Positions 26,661-38,696 of a stretch of DNA of 64,000 bases are shown in pieces. Source of the stretch: Zancudomyces culisetae HAW-14-8 (Eukaryota > Fungi > Kickxellomycota). The translations under genes were made by a program, and so were the position numbers. The stretch spans positions 558,001-622,000 of the forward strand of contig JBNJNM010000012.1 in assembly GCA_052426225.1 (NCBI GenBank), given 5' to 3'. Every line of letters starts with the position of its first letter. The stretch's first letter is position 1. Under the pieces are notes generated by a model. That model searched no databases and was not told the origin of the DNA. It worked only from the letters and a program-made list of their open reading frames with translations.

Positions 26661-28482
26661 ATGACTGCTACAAAATTCCTCTCGGATGGAGAATTACAAC
26701 AACTTGCCAATCACATTATCGAGTTCTCCAAACGGTAAATTGCTTTTTAACTATATTTATCGGTACATACCCCAGCATTCATCTACTACTTGGTTTTGCA
26801 ATTTCAACCTTCCTCAAGCGACATTTTTAAGAAACAGATGGTTTTATATATATATACATATATGCAAAATAGAAATGGAGGGAATGGTCGCTATTTAGTT
26901 GGAGTATCAGGTAACTAGCTATCATATAGTTATCATGCTAGAAATCCATCATTTTGGAAACAAACTGCGCAAAACTTTTGTAGAGGCACATTTTATGTTT
27001 GCACATATATATGTACATGATTATTAATAATTAAAATTTATGCCAACTATTTCTACTTTTCTTTCAACCTCTTTCACTTTCGCTTTTACTCTCTCATAGG
27101 AATAGCAGGTTCTGGCAAAACAACTATATCCAATAAACTCGTTGCTTTGATCAATGAAGCTTCAAGAAAGAATGGTAAGTATCACGTATTTTAGTCGTCA
27201 TTCCCATCATTTCTTGGTCTGCACCCATTCATTTTTTGTGTTTTATCGTACTCTTTGGTCTTTGCTGCACTTTGAAACTCTATATCTTGTAAATTAATGA
27301 AGCGATTGAGTTTTTTTTTTCTCACTTTTGATTATACTAATCCCCACTAGTTTCTATCTGTTTGCCGATGGATGGTTTTCATTTAACCAAAGCTCAGCTT
27401 AACGAGTTACCAGTCAGTTATCCTTTTAATTTACATTTGCCTTTTACCGTTTACCAATCCATCTTTGGACCTTATTTTTTATTAAAGAGAAAAAGACTAT
27501 TACTGTTGGCATAGACAAACGTACTATTCTATTGGTTATGTCATAGGATCCAGCCTTGTCACACAAACGCCGAGGAGCTTACTGGACATTTGATGGCTCT
27601 GGTAAGAACATCTATCTGTTCTATCGCTTAGCTTCTCAATAAGATTAATATCTTATTTAATTTGTTAATAATACTTTACAAAAATGTACGTTTACAGGGT
27701 TCGTTGCCTTTGTCAAGTCCCTGACGATTATTGAAGATAACAAACCAATCTTTGCTCCAAAATTTGATCATGGCATTGGCGACCCAGAGAGAAATGCCAT
27801 AGAAATACTCCCAAGGTTGGTCTCAGTACTTTATTATTCATCATGTTTTACTTTATGACTTTTATTATTTATCGGATTAAACATGTTATTAGTGTATCCA
27901 CTGATATACAAGTTCAGTGTTGCAGAATTAAAGGATAGTGATTAAACAAATAAAATGTACATGTAAATATACCAATATAGTCACAAAATTGTGGTGATAG
28001 AGGGTCTCTATACTTGCATAGACAAAGTTCATCCGTGGTCTGAGCTACTTCCTATTTACGACTGCAAAGTGTTGATTAAACCTAAAAGCGTATCTGTAAC
28101 AAGGCACAGACTTGCCACGCGACATTTGAATTCGAACCTTGGTGAGTGTTTACATGGTATCTGTAAATTAGCTTTTCACAGAGGTTGGTACATACCTCCG
28201 TGCCAATTTCTTTTCTGTAAATTCACGTATAGGGGAGAAGGGGGGAGGGGTGAGGGTATAAACCGAGTATGTACTCACCCCTTTGCCTTTCAGTGTGATA
28301 TATACACATAAACAGATAATACTTCATACACAACTTGTATTCCACTAAAACATAGCTTTGTATTGATAGCTGATACCTACGAAGGGGCGGTTTCTCGAAT
28401 CGAAAACAACGACGATTTGAATTCTATATTTATATCAGAAAACATAGATACTGTGGTCTTTGATTATGTTATTGAAAATTAG
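26661..28482 (+). CDS. YFH7: P-loop kinase of the YFH7/YggC (PRK/uridine-kinase-like) family; 8 exons
   Basis: Spliced: MTATKFLSDGELQQLANHIIEF..RYLVGVS|GIAGSGKTT (Walker A)..PMDGFHL..DP...KRRGAYWTFD..APKFDHGIGDP..IVVIEGLY..RLATRH...RIENNDDLN. GT-AG introns are in phase. Confidence 0.88.
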
Positions 28483-28954
28483 TGTAGTTTATTTGGCCAG
28501 GCTTGTATAGCACTATAAAACCACCGCTAACCCCAACAAAACATGTTCATAGCTGCTATACAATTTCAGCCGACATGCTATATACTCACACGTGACAAAG
28601 CCAATATTACATACGCTTATAATATACACTATTCTGAGTGTCTATTCGATACACCTGTCCTTATAAATAAGGTTCGACCAATGTTGTATATAGTAAATCC
28701 GCTTCTTAATCTAGGTGTGATAAATTATGAGCCATTTATCTATATTTGGTTGGTCGGTTTCATAACATTCAATCTATGTCCCTGAAACTTACGAGTAAAA
28801 CCTCGCTTTTATTTATTATGAATACAAGAATACACAAAGTCACAAACAATTCATTTCAATACATAGTATGGTTGGTGTATTTAAATGGTTCCTTGCATTG
28901 CTTCACTTCCTATCTGCTTTTTTTATTTTACTTTTTATTACAACTACAGCCCAG

Positions 28955-29215
28955 CTATGCTCTGTGTTTTTTATGCGGTTTTGGGTATATTACATACCCT
29001 CTAAAGGTATAGTTTGTAGCGGAATTGATAAATAGTCCTATAAACAGCTTTGCACTCATTACTTTCTTCAAAAGTAAAATAAATGCTCGTGATTCCAAAA
29101 AAGCCACAAAGAATAGAGCAGATACTATTGCCGACCCAACTACAACTACTAGCCATAGAATGAATATCACTGTTGCCAACATGCCAAATATGTCTTTTTT
29201 CTTAAACTCGTCCAT
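28955..29215 (-). CDS. Possible small membrane protein (86 aa)
   Basis: ATG in an A-rich context (acagaaaacATG), a long hydrophobic segment (IFGMLATVIFILWLVVVVGSAIVSALFFVAFL) and a basic tail. No homology recognised. Confidence 0.35.
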   Translation of the reverse strand: MDEFKKKDIFGMLATVIFILWLVVVVGSAIVSALFFVAFLESRAFILLLKKVMSAKLFIGLFINSATNYTFRGYVIYPKPHKKHRA

Positions 29216-31915
29216 GTTTTCTGTGTGTATGTGTTTTTATTTCAGCGGTCGTACCCACTATTGTTTTGTTTATGCCCTCATAACCACAAGGGTGCATATA
29301 TTTACGAGAATATCTATTTTTATTGTTAGGAAAAAGAAAGTCAAAAGAGAATAGCAGTTGTATTTATATTGGATTTTATGGAGGCGAAAGTGAAACCAAA
29401 CAGTTGGGGAAGGGTGGCTAAATGCTGTTTCTATGTTCAATGAAGCTTGTACTCTTTATTTTCCATGAGTATGGCTTGGTTTTGTAAACTTGTGCATAAA
29501 ACAGGTTTGTGGATTTTCATTTGCTTGAAAATTAATAAAATTTTAATTTACCCTGTGTAAATAACGGACTGCATGTTGCAAGAAATAGCATAAAAGGTTA
29601 GGTTGTTCTAGGCCAGATAAGAACCTAGTGGGATAGCCTTTGCCACCTTGTAAAGACCAGAGAAGTTAGTAAATTTAACCACGCTCTGTGCTGTATTAGA
29701 AATTATACTGACCTTCCTCCGAATTGGACTTTTTTATTGTTTCTTAAGGAAAAAAATTAGCTGAAAAAAGCGGAGTAACACGAATAAAGTTGCTATTAAT
29801 ATACAAACTTTTATATTTTTAGAAGCAAACCTAGTGGAAGAGAGACGTGTTGATCATTGTAAAAGGGATGAGCACTTTTTGTTGAGCGAGAGAGGGCTCT
29901 ACCATTGGTCCGCCTTTCTTTATTTTCAGGGATATTTTTTTTCTGGAATCATATATCCAGCAAGTCACCTGTGTGAAAAAAGGCTGGAAGTGTTAAGAGC
30001 CAATTATTTTTACAAGTGCACACAGCTCAGAATACCTTTATCTTCACTCCCTGTCATAACTATCGGTAAACCCAGATCATATGGGGAGGGGGGGGGGATG
30101 AAAAGTAAAAAAGAGACTAGTTATGCTAAATGATAATATGGAACACGGTTGGTTATCTAAGATAGATAGGTAGCTGGCCAGGGTATTAGGACCTTTACAT
30201 GTGATTTTCAAGTCCATTGTCTATTTCATACTTGCATTTCATAGCTAATCATAAAGAATTTAGACGCCAAAACATGGCCAACTATAACAGTCATCTTTTT
30301 ACTTCATTTTATCATCGAGCCGAACACAAGTAATTTAAAGACAACAAATATGATTTTTAATAACAATAAAGTCGACAACCACATTAAATAAATGGGATTA
30401 AATGTCCAGTTAGCCCCTTCTGATATATTATTCAAGCCCCGCCACCCCTTCCTCCTCCTGTCACCCAATAGCCTTTTTTTTGGCCGAAATTCATAAAAAT
30501 TACGCGGAACTAAAGGGGGATTTGGCGTACTTGTAAAATAAAGGCAATTAACTCTGTAGACTCTAGCACGTTTTAGTTTTTTATATTTTGATCTACAAAA
30601 TTGTGGTTATAAACGGATGAAATCCTGGATGTAATCTTTAGTAAAGGCGCTTAAACTAGTTAAACGATTCTCGAATATACTCTTTCGTAAGGGAAAATGG
30701 CATTTGTTCTTTGGAACTAATCTCTGAGTACACGCATTCTCGTATTCAAGTTGAAGAAGGGGTTTAATATTGAGTAAGCTACAACTTCCGATTAGCTACT
30801 GGATAAATAAATACCATGTCATCCAATTTGCAAGTAGTTAATTTAAACCTAGAAATGATCGAGTGTGTATACGTTTTCAAGCACTTTTCACACACCAAAG
30901 CTTGGTAGATGTATCTGCACATTTGTTTATAAATGGAGGGGAGGTTCAGTTCAGTTATCTGATACGAAAACAGTGTCATTGACATATCTCAAGCCTAACC
31001 ACATTAGTCTTACTTTTTACTGTGGTATTAACTAGTCACACACCTTTAATCGGCTCAGCACCCCCCTTCCTTATTAAAAACGATCTCAAGACTACTGTTT
31101 TGTGCAATATTTGAGCTTGCTTATCTAAACATAGGAATGGAGGGGGGGGGGGTTGATAAAAGAAGCGGGCGGCTAGGGGGGCGGTGGTGTATTTATGGCT
31201 GATTCTGTATTGACTTATAGGATAAAATTCAACCTGGATTATGCAAAAGAACCTAACTGCTCAAATCAGGGGTGCAGACGAGACATATGAACATTTATGA
31301 TATCCTTGTTTTTTAATTTTGTTGGCAAATAAAAACGCTAAATGATGGAATGTCCTGCAACAATATGTAGTTTATATGCTGGGATTTTGGTATTCCAATA
31401 GGATAATGAAATTACTTTGAGTATCTTTTATTACGTAACTTTTCCAATACAAATGAAAGTTTCTGTGGATTTTAATGTTAGATTATATCCATGAATTGCC
31501 AATATTTATATCTAATGTTAACGTGAAATCTAAAAATAGAAATCGCCAATTTAAGCATCAGCTCTGTCAAAAATATAGCGTACATACATATACTTGCAGT
31601 TTTTTTAGTTCTCAGCAAAAGCAAAGTTCTTTATAAAATTTTTTTTCTGCATTAGATAAAACTGGTGTGAAGTACAAATAAAGCATTAGCTGCCTTGAAA
31701 ACGGGAAAAGAAATATCTTGAAAGAATAGCATCACCTTGTATCTTAAAAGCAACAACTCATATACATAAGTGTACAAATAATTCCTAAACTTCATTAAAA
31801 GATATCAAAGTATTTACAATAGGCTTTACTAACCTTCAACAATTAGAAAGAAAACAAATTAGAAAAATTATAGAAGAGTCGTAGATAAAGAATAGAGAAA
31901 ATATAGGTAAAAAGA

Positions 31916-34210
31916 ATGGAGTATAGAGAGTCTAACGCATCGGGATACGATGCAAGGTATAGCAGACTTCGATACACGGAAAGTGTAGGTGAAAAGTACG
32001 AAGATGGAAGCGACAATGAGTTTTTTGCCGCAGAAGATATGTCGTATATGGAATACGATGAGGATATGGATGACAGCGGAACAAATGAATTGGTAAAGGC
32101 AGTCGTTAGCTCAGAAGACGATACATCACTTCCAGTATTGACATTTAGGTTCTGGTTTATAGCGAATGTATTTGCAATAGCATTAACAGTAGTCAATACG
32201 GTGTATTTTCTTCGGTCAGAACCACTGGCCTTTTCAGTAATCTTTGTACTGCTTATATCATACCCAGTAGGAAAATTGCTTGAGCGCATACTACCAACGA
32301 CGCGATTTAGCATTTTGGGATGGAAGTTTAGTCTGAACCCAGGTCCATTTAACATCAAGGAGCATTCTGCAATCACGATCTATTGTGGGCTCACACTGGG
32401 TGTAACCGACCTCATGATATTTATGCTCCAAAAAGACGTATTCTATCAGCCCAAATGGCCTCTTGGTGTTACAATGCTTTTGCTGGGATCTACCATTGTT
32501 GTTGGTTTTTCAATTCAGGGAATTTTGGGTGGATATCTGACAAGATCCCCAGACATGCTGTTTCCGATTCTCTTGGTTGCCATATCACTGATCAGATCAC
32601 TCAACGAGAAAAACTCATTTGGCACAGGTGGCATCAATGGTACAAAATTTGTAATGATTGTAGGCGGGGTATCGGCCCTGTATCAAATGATACCATCTCT
32701 TGTATTTAGATGTCTAAGCTATTTTAGCCCCCTGTGTTACATATTCCCGAACAACCAGGTTGCACATCAGCTTGGCTCTGGTTTGAGCGGACTCGGAATG
32801 CTATCCGCATCTTTTGATTGGTCTACAATAGTATCCTTTTTCGGATCTCCTATGGTTATTCCCTTATGGTCAGCTGCCAACTCGTTGGTGGGGTTTGTGC
32901 TTGTTGCATGGATAGTAACACCGATTCTATACTACGCGAACTATCTGAATTTTGCTAGACTTCCTATAAACTCTTCAAACATTTATGACATGTATGGTAG
33001 TGTATATTCCACTTCGCAGGTTTTGGATAGCAACAATATGCTTGACGTCGAGAAATATCTAGCATACAGCCCAATCAAATTAAACGTTTCGGTATTTCTG
33101 GCCTATTGTTCGTCGTTGGCCGCATTTTCCTCAGTGATAGTTCATTTCATGCTTTATTACACAAAGGATCTGACTCAGTATCTAAAAAACTCGATAATAG
33201 AAAATCGTAAATCGGCTAGCGGGTTTAGTGATATCCATAACAAATTAATGTCATTCTATAAAAAGGTGCCATTGTGGTGGAATATTTGTCTGCTCATACT
33301 TTCTATTGGTACTGCGATCTTAACAACAATCATATGGGACGTTGGAGTCAAGTGGTACATATACTTATTTTCACTTTCTGTTTCACTGCTACTGTTTTTC
33401 CCCACCGGAATTGTTTATGGCGTTTCGAACTTGAGAATGGATATTTCTATTTTACTTCAGATTGTAGTTGGATATTTGGACCCAGGAAACCCTGTTGGAA
33501 ACCTTGGAGCAAGAACAATTGGTAACTGTATTCTCGATCAGTCGATTAACGCTGCTGAAAATTTCAAAATGGGTCACTATATGAAAATCCCACCCAGAGA
33601 ACTGTGGATTATGCAGATTGTTGGTACTGTTGTTTCAATGTTTGTTACAATATTTACTTTGAGGGTAGTCGAGCACAATGTGGAAGACCTCTGCATGTCA
33701 ACTTCACAAAACTGGTCTTGCACAAAGTTGAGATCGATAATAACAGCAACCCACATTTGGGGACTAATTGGTCCCTCAGAGCTATTCAGTTTTGGTCGCG
33801 AATATTCTCACATCTGGATTTCTTTAGGCATAGGTTCGATTTTACCAGTATTTTCGTATATTCTAACCAAGAAATATCCCGGAACCTGGATTTCCTATAT
33901 CCACGTACCAATTATTTTTATCTCTGCAAGAATGTTTCCTCCAGCTACTTCGGCTTCGCTCATAACCGCTATTTGCATCTGTTTTGTATTTAACTATTGG
34001 GTCTATAGATACAAGCATGCATGGTGGACACGTTACAACTATCTGCTAAGCTCGGGACTTGAATTTGGTATTGTTGTTGGTGGTGTTATTTCTGTTATGA
34101 TATCTTCGTTTAGCCCATTCACCCCTCCTAACTGGTGGGGAAATGATCAACTAGTAAACTGCCCACTTTCAGTTAGACCATACATTGTACCAAAACCACC
34201 AGGAAGTTAG
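31916..34210 (+). CDS. OPT-family oligopeptide/glutathione transporter
   Basis: V.AVVSSEDD.SLPVLTFRFW, FSLNPGPFNIKEH, GLGMLSASFDW, KMGHYMKIPPR, WWTRYNYLLSSGL and NWWGN, plus many transmembrane segments. Confidence 0.95.
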   Translation: MEYRESNASGYDARYSRLRYTESVGEKYEDGSDNEFFAAEDMSYMEYDEDMDDSGTNELVKAVVSSEDDTSLPVLTFRFWFIANVFAIALTVVNTVYFLRSEPLAFSVIFVLLISYPVGKLLERILPTTRFSILGWKFSLNPGPFNIKEHSAITIYCGLTLGVTDLMIFMLQKDVFYQPKWPLGVTMLLLGSTIVVGFSIQGILGGYLTRSPDMLFPILLVAISLIRSLNEKNSFGTGGINGTKFVMIVGGVSALYQMIPSLVFRCLSYFSPLCYIFPNNQVAHQLGSGLSGLGMLSASFDWSTIVSFFGSPMVIPLWSAANSLVGFVLVAWIVTPILYYANYLNFARLPINSSNIYDMYGSVYSTSQVLDSNNMLDVEKYLAYSPIKLNVSVFLAYCSSLAAFSSVIVHFMLYYTKDLTQYLKNSIIENRKSASGFSDIHNKLMSFYKKVPLWWNICLLILSIGTAILTTIIWDVGVKWYIYLFSLSVSLLLFFPTGIVYGVSNLRMDISILLQIVVGYLDPGNPVGNLGARTIGNCILDQSINAAENFKMGHYMKIPPRELWIMQIVGTVVSMFVTIFTLRVVEHNVEDLCMSTSQNWSCTKLRSIITATHIWGLIGPSELFSFGREYSHIWISLGIGSILPVFSYILTKKYPGTWISYIHVPIIFISARMFPPATSASLITAICICFVFNYWVYRYKHAWWTRYNYLLSSGLEFGIVVGGVISVMISSFSPFTPPNWWGNDQLVNCPLSVRPYIVPKPPGS

Positions 34211-34690
34211 ACTTGTGTAGATTTAGTTTTACTATTATTATTATTATTTTGTTTATACCATGGATATAGCCGTTGATTAAACTCAATAAAACATTTCATA
34301 CTCTAACTACTGCATTGACCATACTAACATTCATTCAAGATAATTATGTGCAATATATCATTATTCACCATGTGTTAATATAGCTAGTTTTTTTTTTGGT
34401 ACACCTTTTATAAAACCAATCTATCTTGCTGAACTATGCCAGTGATTAAAGTGATGTTGTATGCAAATGTTTTGTGTAAAAAAAATGAGCTTGGTATATT
34501 TGACTAACTCCATGTGGTAAAATCAAACTTGACGAATTACATAATTACCAGATTTCATTAAAGAAAAATAAAAATAAACACACTTGCATTAACTGAAACG
34601 AAACTCAGCAATATCAAGAGATTCAAAAGTGCACAAAAAAATAGAAGGCATTTACAAAAACAGCTATTCAATATACTCGACCTTTGAGAA

Positions 34691-37212
34691 ATGTTGGACA
34701 TTTTGTTTGCTTTGGTAGCGGCATTCTACGTATTGGTTTGCCCATACACAAAAGTAGAAGAAAGCTTCTTTATCCAGGCCATTCACGACATCTTGAACTC
34801 AATTTTTGTTAACAATAAGGTGAGTGTTTGCTGTGATAGACATATTTAATATTTGTTTGTGCACTACCAAAAACATACAAAAATGAAGAAATTCAAAAAA
34901 CAACACCTATAAAAAAACATTAGTACGATCATTTTGAATTTCCGGGTGCAGTTCCACGCTCTTTTGTAGGTCCACTGGCCCTTTCAGCATTGACCTATCC
35001 GATCAAACGTTTTTTAGTAACCTTTGGGGTTGAAGAGGTGAAATTTTGGACTCAGATTACTGGTAAGGGCCAACCTTTACAGCCGTGTGCATTTACAAAG
35101 TAGATTCAAATGGAGAAGCGCTTTTATTGTTCAATTACTTCAAACACAAACCGATATTGAAAAATGATAACACAATATAGCTAGAATAATGTTGGGAGTC
35201 CTAGTGTCTTTGTCGTTAGGCAAGCTGAGGCGCTCGATAGCTGAATGTTTTGGCAAAAGAGTATCTTTTATTTTTCTCTTGTTGTGTATTTGTCAATTCC
35301 ACCTTGTATTTTGGAGCAGCAGAACCATTGGAAATACATTTGCGTTTATTACAAGTGAGTACACGATATAGTCTTGCAAAGTATAGTCGTATTCGCATTA
35401 AAGTGTATTTTCATAAACAAAATAATTGAACTAACAAACCTTTTGATTGGTATTTTTGTGCAAGTGATACTTTCACAAAGCTATTGGATAAAGTCTAACA
35501 CCATGTCTTCCGCACATTATACTAAAAACAACTGCACCAAAATGATAATACTGCTGGTGTTTTCTGCTGTTGTCTTCAGATTCGATACAGTTGCCTTTTC
35601 CATCCCCATGATACTAGCTGAAGTATTTCAACGTCATGTTGGCTTTTTAAGCGCCTTAAAAGTGGCTATTATGACATGTATACTCTCCTTATTGGTGGTG
35701 ATACCAATAGATTCATACTACTGGCAGTCGAGGTTTATGTGGCCGGAACTCCAATCCTTCTTTTTCAATATTCTCGAGAATAAGAGTTCATTGTGGGGTG
35801 TAAGTTTATAAAGTTGAGAACTTGCATATTCTAGTGTATATTCATAATAAGATCTTAACCAAGGCCTGGATAAAATCCTTGCTTTTTTAATTCTTGTTTA
35901 TTGATGTTCTGCCTCATCCATGTTATTATTCATACGCGTTTTTAATATACACCTAATTGTACCAAATATCAATGCTATAAATAGACAAGTCCTTGGCACT
36001 ACTATTTTACTCGGTTTCTACCAAAGATACTCACTGGGGCAATGTTTTTTGTACCGATTGGAGTTGTTATTAGCAGGAAGACGTCCGTGCTTTTCATTAC
36101 GACAACTTTTTCAATAATTTTGTTTTCTGCGCTCCCACACAAAGAATGGAGGTTTATAATGTATGCAATCCCCATATACAATATGTACGCTGCCATCGGC
36201 ATGGAATACTTGTAAGTGCGCCATATTTTAACGTAGACATATGATCAGAAGATAAAAGTGATTTGTTTTTACACGTAATTGCTCCCTAGCGATCAGTATT
36301 AATAGAACTTGTACTGTATTAGTCAAAGACAGAGAACCAGTAGATTAGCCATTCTGAGTATTTTAGGAAGATTTATTGTTGTTTTGGTTATTTGTCTGAG
36401 TTCTTGTTTGTCGCTGTTCACTTTGTATGTATCTTCATTAAACTATCCAGGAGGATATGCATTTGCAAAGCTCCACAAGATTGAAAAATCCTTTAACAAT
36501 GGTAAGTTATCTAGCTCTTTTTCTTCCCATTAACACAGATATATATAGGTAAAATGTGAAAATAGATCATTACTGATATTTCTGTACCTGTTGCTACTCT
36601 TCGATTTTGACAACCACTTGAGATCACTTTTTTCATTAACAAAAACGAAGAGTTAAATGCTAACTGATCTATGGATTTATTCACTTATCACTAATAGCGA
36701 ATGTACATATTGATACGTACTCGGCAATGACAGGGGTGACGCGTTTTGGTGAACTCCGTAAAGATTGGATGTAAGTATTTTGGTGTATTATCAGCTCCAT
36801 ACTTGCCTGCTTTTGCTTTTAATTGTTTATATTGTGATGTAATGTTAAAATTTGGCAATAAGGCTGATACGCATACGTTTTCGTGATAAATAGGTATTCC
36901 AAGGATGAAAACATATTGCAAAGCAATCAATATACCCAGTATACGCACTTATTAACCCACGAGTATAAAAACTACACGACAAATTTTGATGTTTTGGGTT
37001 ATGTGGAAGGATTTGATGGACTGAGTCCCAACATTCTTCAATTGGGTAAGGAATTGGTAGCAATATTCAAGGGAAGGCAGTTATCCCTAAATGAGAGGTA
37101 TATTTCTGTAAAATCAGTATTTTTAAACATGAAGAAATGTCTCAGGGGCACTGTGAGAACCTCGCCAAAAGTATGGGTAATGAAAAGGCGATTGGATGCT
37201 GTGAATGAGTAG
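34691..37212 (+). CDS. ALG12: Dol-P-Man alpha-1,6-mannosyltransferase (GT22); 8 exons
   Basis: [19 protein letters not shown]|[51 protein letters not shown]|[41 protein letters not shown]. One acceptor is AAG (35463). Confidence 0.93.
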
Positions 37213-38696
37213 GTATTAGGAGTCGCACCAAACGCGAGTGTGGGGCTTTTTATTTTTGCTCTGCAAATATACCTTAGCAGCAGTTAGTCTGATTATCATC
37301 ATGAAGAGTTTTCTTGAAATGAAATATTGTAGATCTATGTTTTTCTTTTTCTTTTGATCTGATTTTGTTTCTATTGGCTTTGCTTTTCCTGAATAAATTA
37401 AATTACACAAAAAGTGAAATTATGGATTTGGCCAATTACTGAGCAGAATTCTTTTGAAGAACCCCATAAATGAATGAATTTTAACAAAAAGTGCAGACAG
37501 AATCAGTATAAAAACAAACACGGAACGATTTCTTATGGTTTTTCTTTATCAGTAGAAACTAATAAGGCGCCCGAGGCGAACTTTTTGTGTGCATCTAAAT
37601 TTCCCAATTGCTTAATCAAGTAGTTTTTGGGACCAGACAATGCTCTAGAGAAAAAAGACAAAAATGTCTCGGGTTAGCCTGCGGAGATATATTAACAATC
37701 GTACCTGATCTGAGAGGAATAAGCAACTCTCATAATGAAAGACGATTACCTGTCCTCTGCTACATTTCTTTCAAAAAACTTTTATTTTAAAAAAAAATTA
37801 AAAACACAAACCTAATGCTAAAAATCGCACTTGTAAATCCACATTTGTCAGATTCAACCTAGATTAAGCTGGTGATGGGAAAAATGCGAAAAGATGTGTT
37901 ACATGGCTAGCAAGCCAATATCTGTATTTGCATTTATGTGATAAATTAAAGAACCAAATTAGATAATTGACTGAAAGGGTTACAGCAATTATATAGTTAA
38001 TTTTTAAATGGGCTAATGTTTAGTAATCCACAAGGCGAATCCACTAGATTTGTGTAAAATAAAAAGAGATGCATTTTTTATGTAGGGGGATTTGTATATT
38101 TTGTTTACTTTTTACCTTTTTTTTTTCTTTGCAGTTTGTTATTTATCAAGCCTCAATCAAACTTATGGATAGTTAAAATCATTAAGCCAACATATTTGAA
38201 ATAGTTATAGATACCTGATAGCAACATTTGTTGAATTTGTTGCTGGTCCTAAAATTCTAAAGAAGGAAGGAGGGAAAATCGAGAGAAATATATACAAACC
38301 GGGTTTAGCGAGTAGTCAAGCTTATGACCCGGATATATAAACAACAATCGATACATAAACTACAGAGTACATTTATAGGTAAGAGGCAATAATAAAATAT
38401 GACACATGTATCAAAGCTCCTAAAAATATTTTGTCAATTCGATGGTAAATGGGCGAAAGAGTGAAAAGAAAAAAAATATTGATGTAGCAGAGCTTGAATA
38501 TATGAAAACAGTTGTATCTCATTCGTTTCGATACCTAAAATGGCTACATGAGCCTCTTTTTTTCTTTTTTTTGGTGTTTTTTGATTTTCCGGGGTTATTA
38601 TTTGGTATAAACAGTCAAAGCATGTGGTCTGGTGTTTTATATTCGTTAATTAATAGCCAAATACTTACTATTTACACGTTTCAAAAATGTAGACAA

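Noticed and set aside
26686-26898. ORF-track 70-aa ORF MENYNNLP...
   Set aside because: Wrong frame. The real exon 1 starts at 26661 and splices in phase into the YFH7-like kinase.
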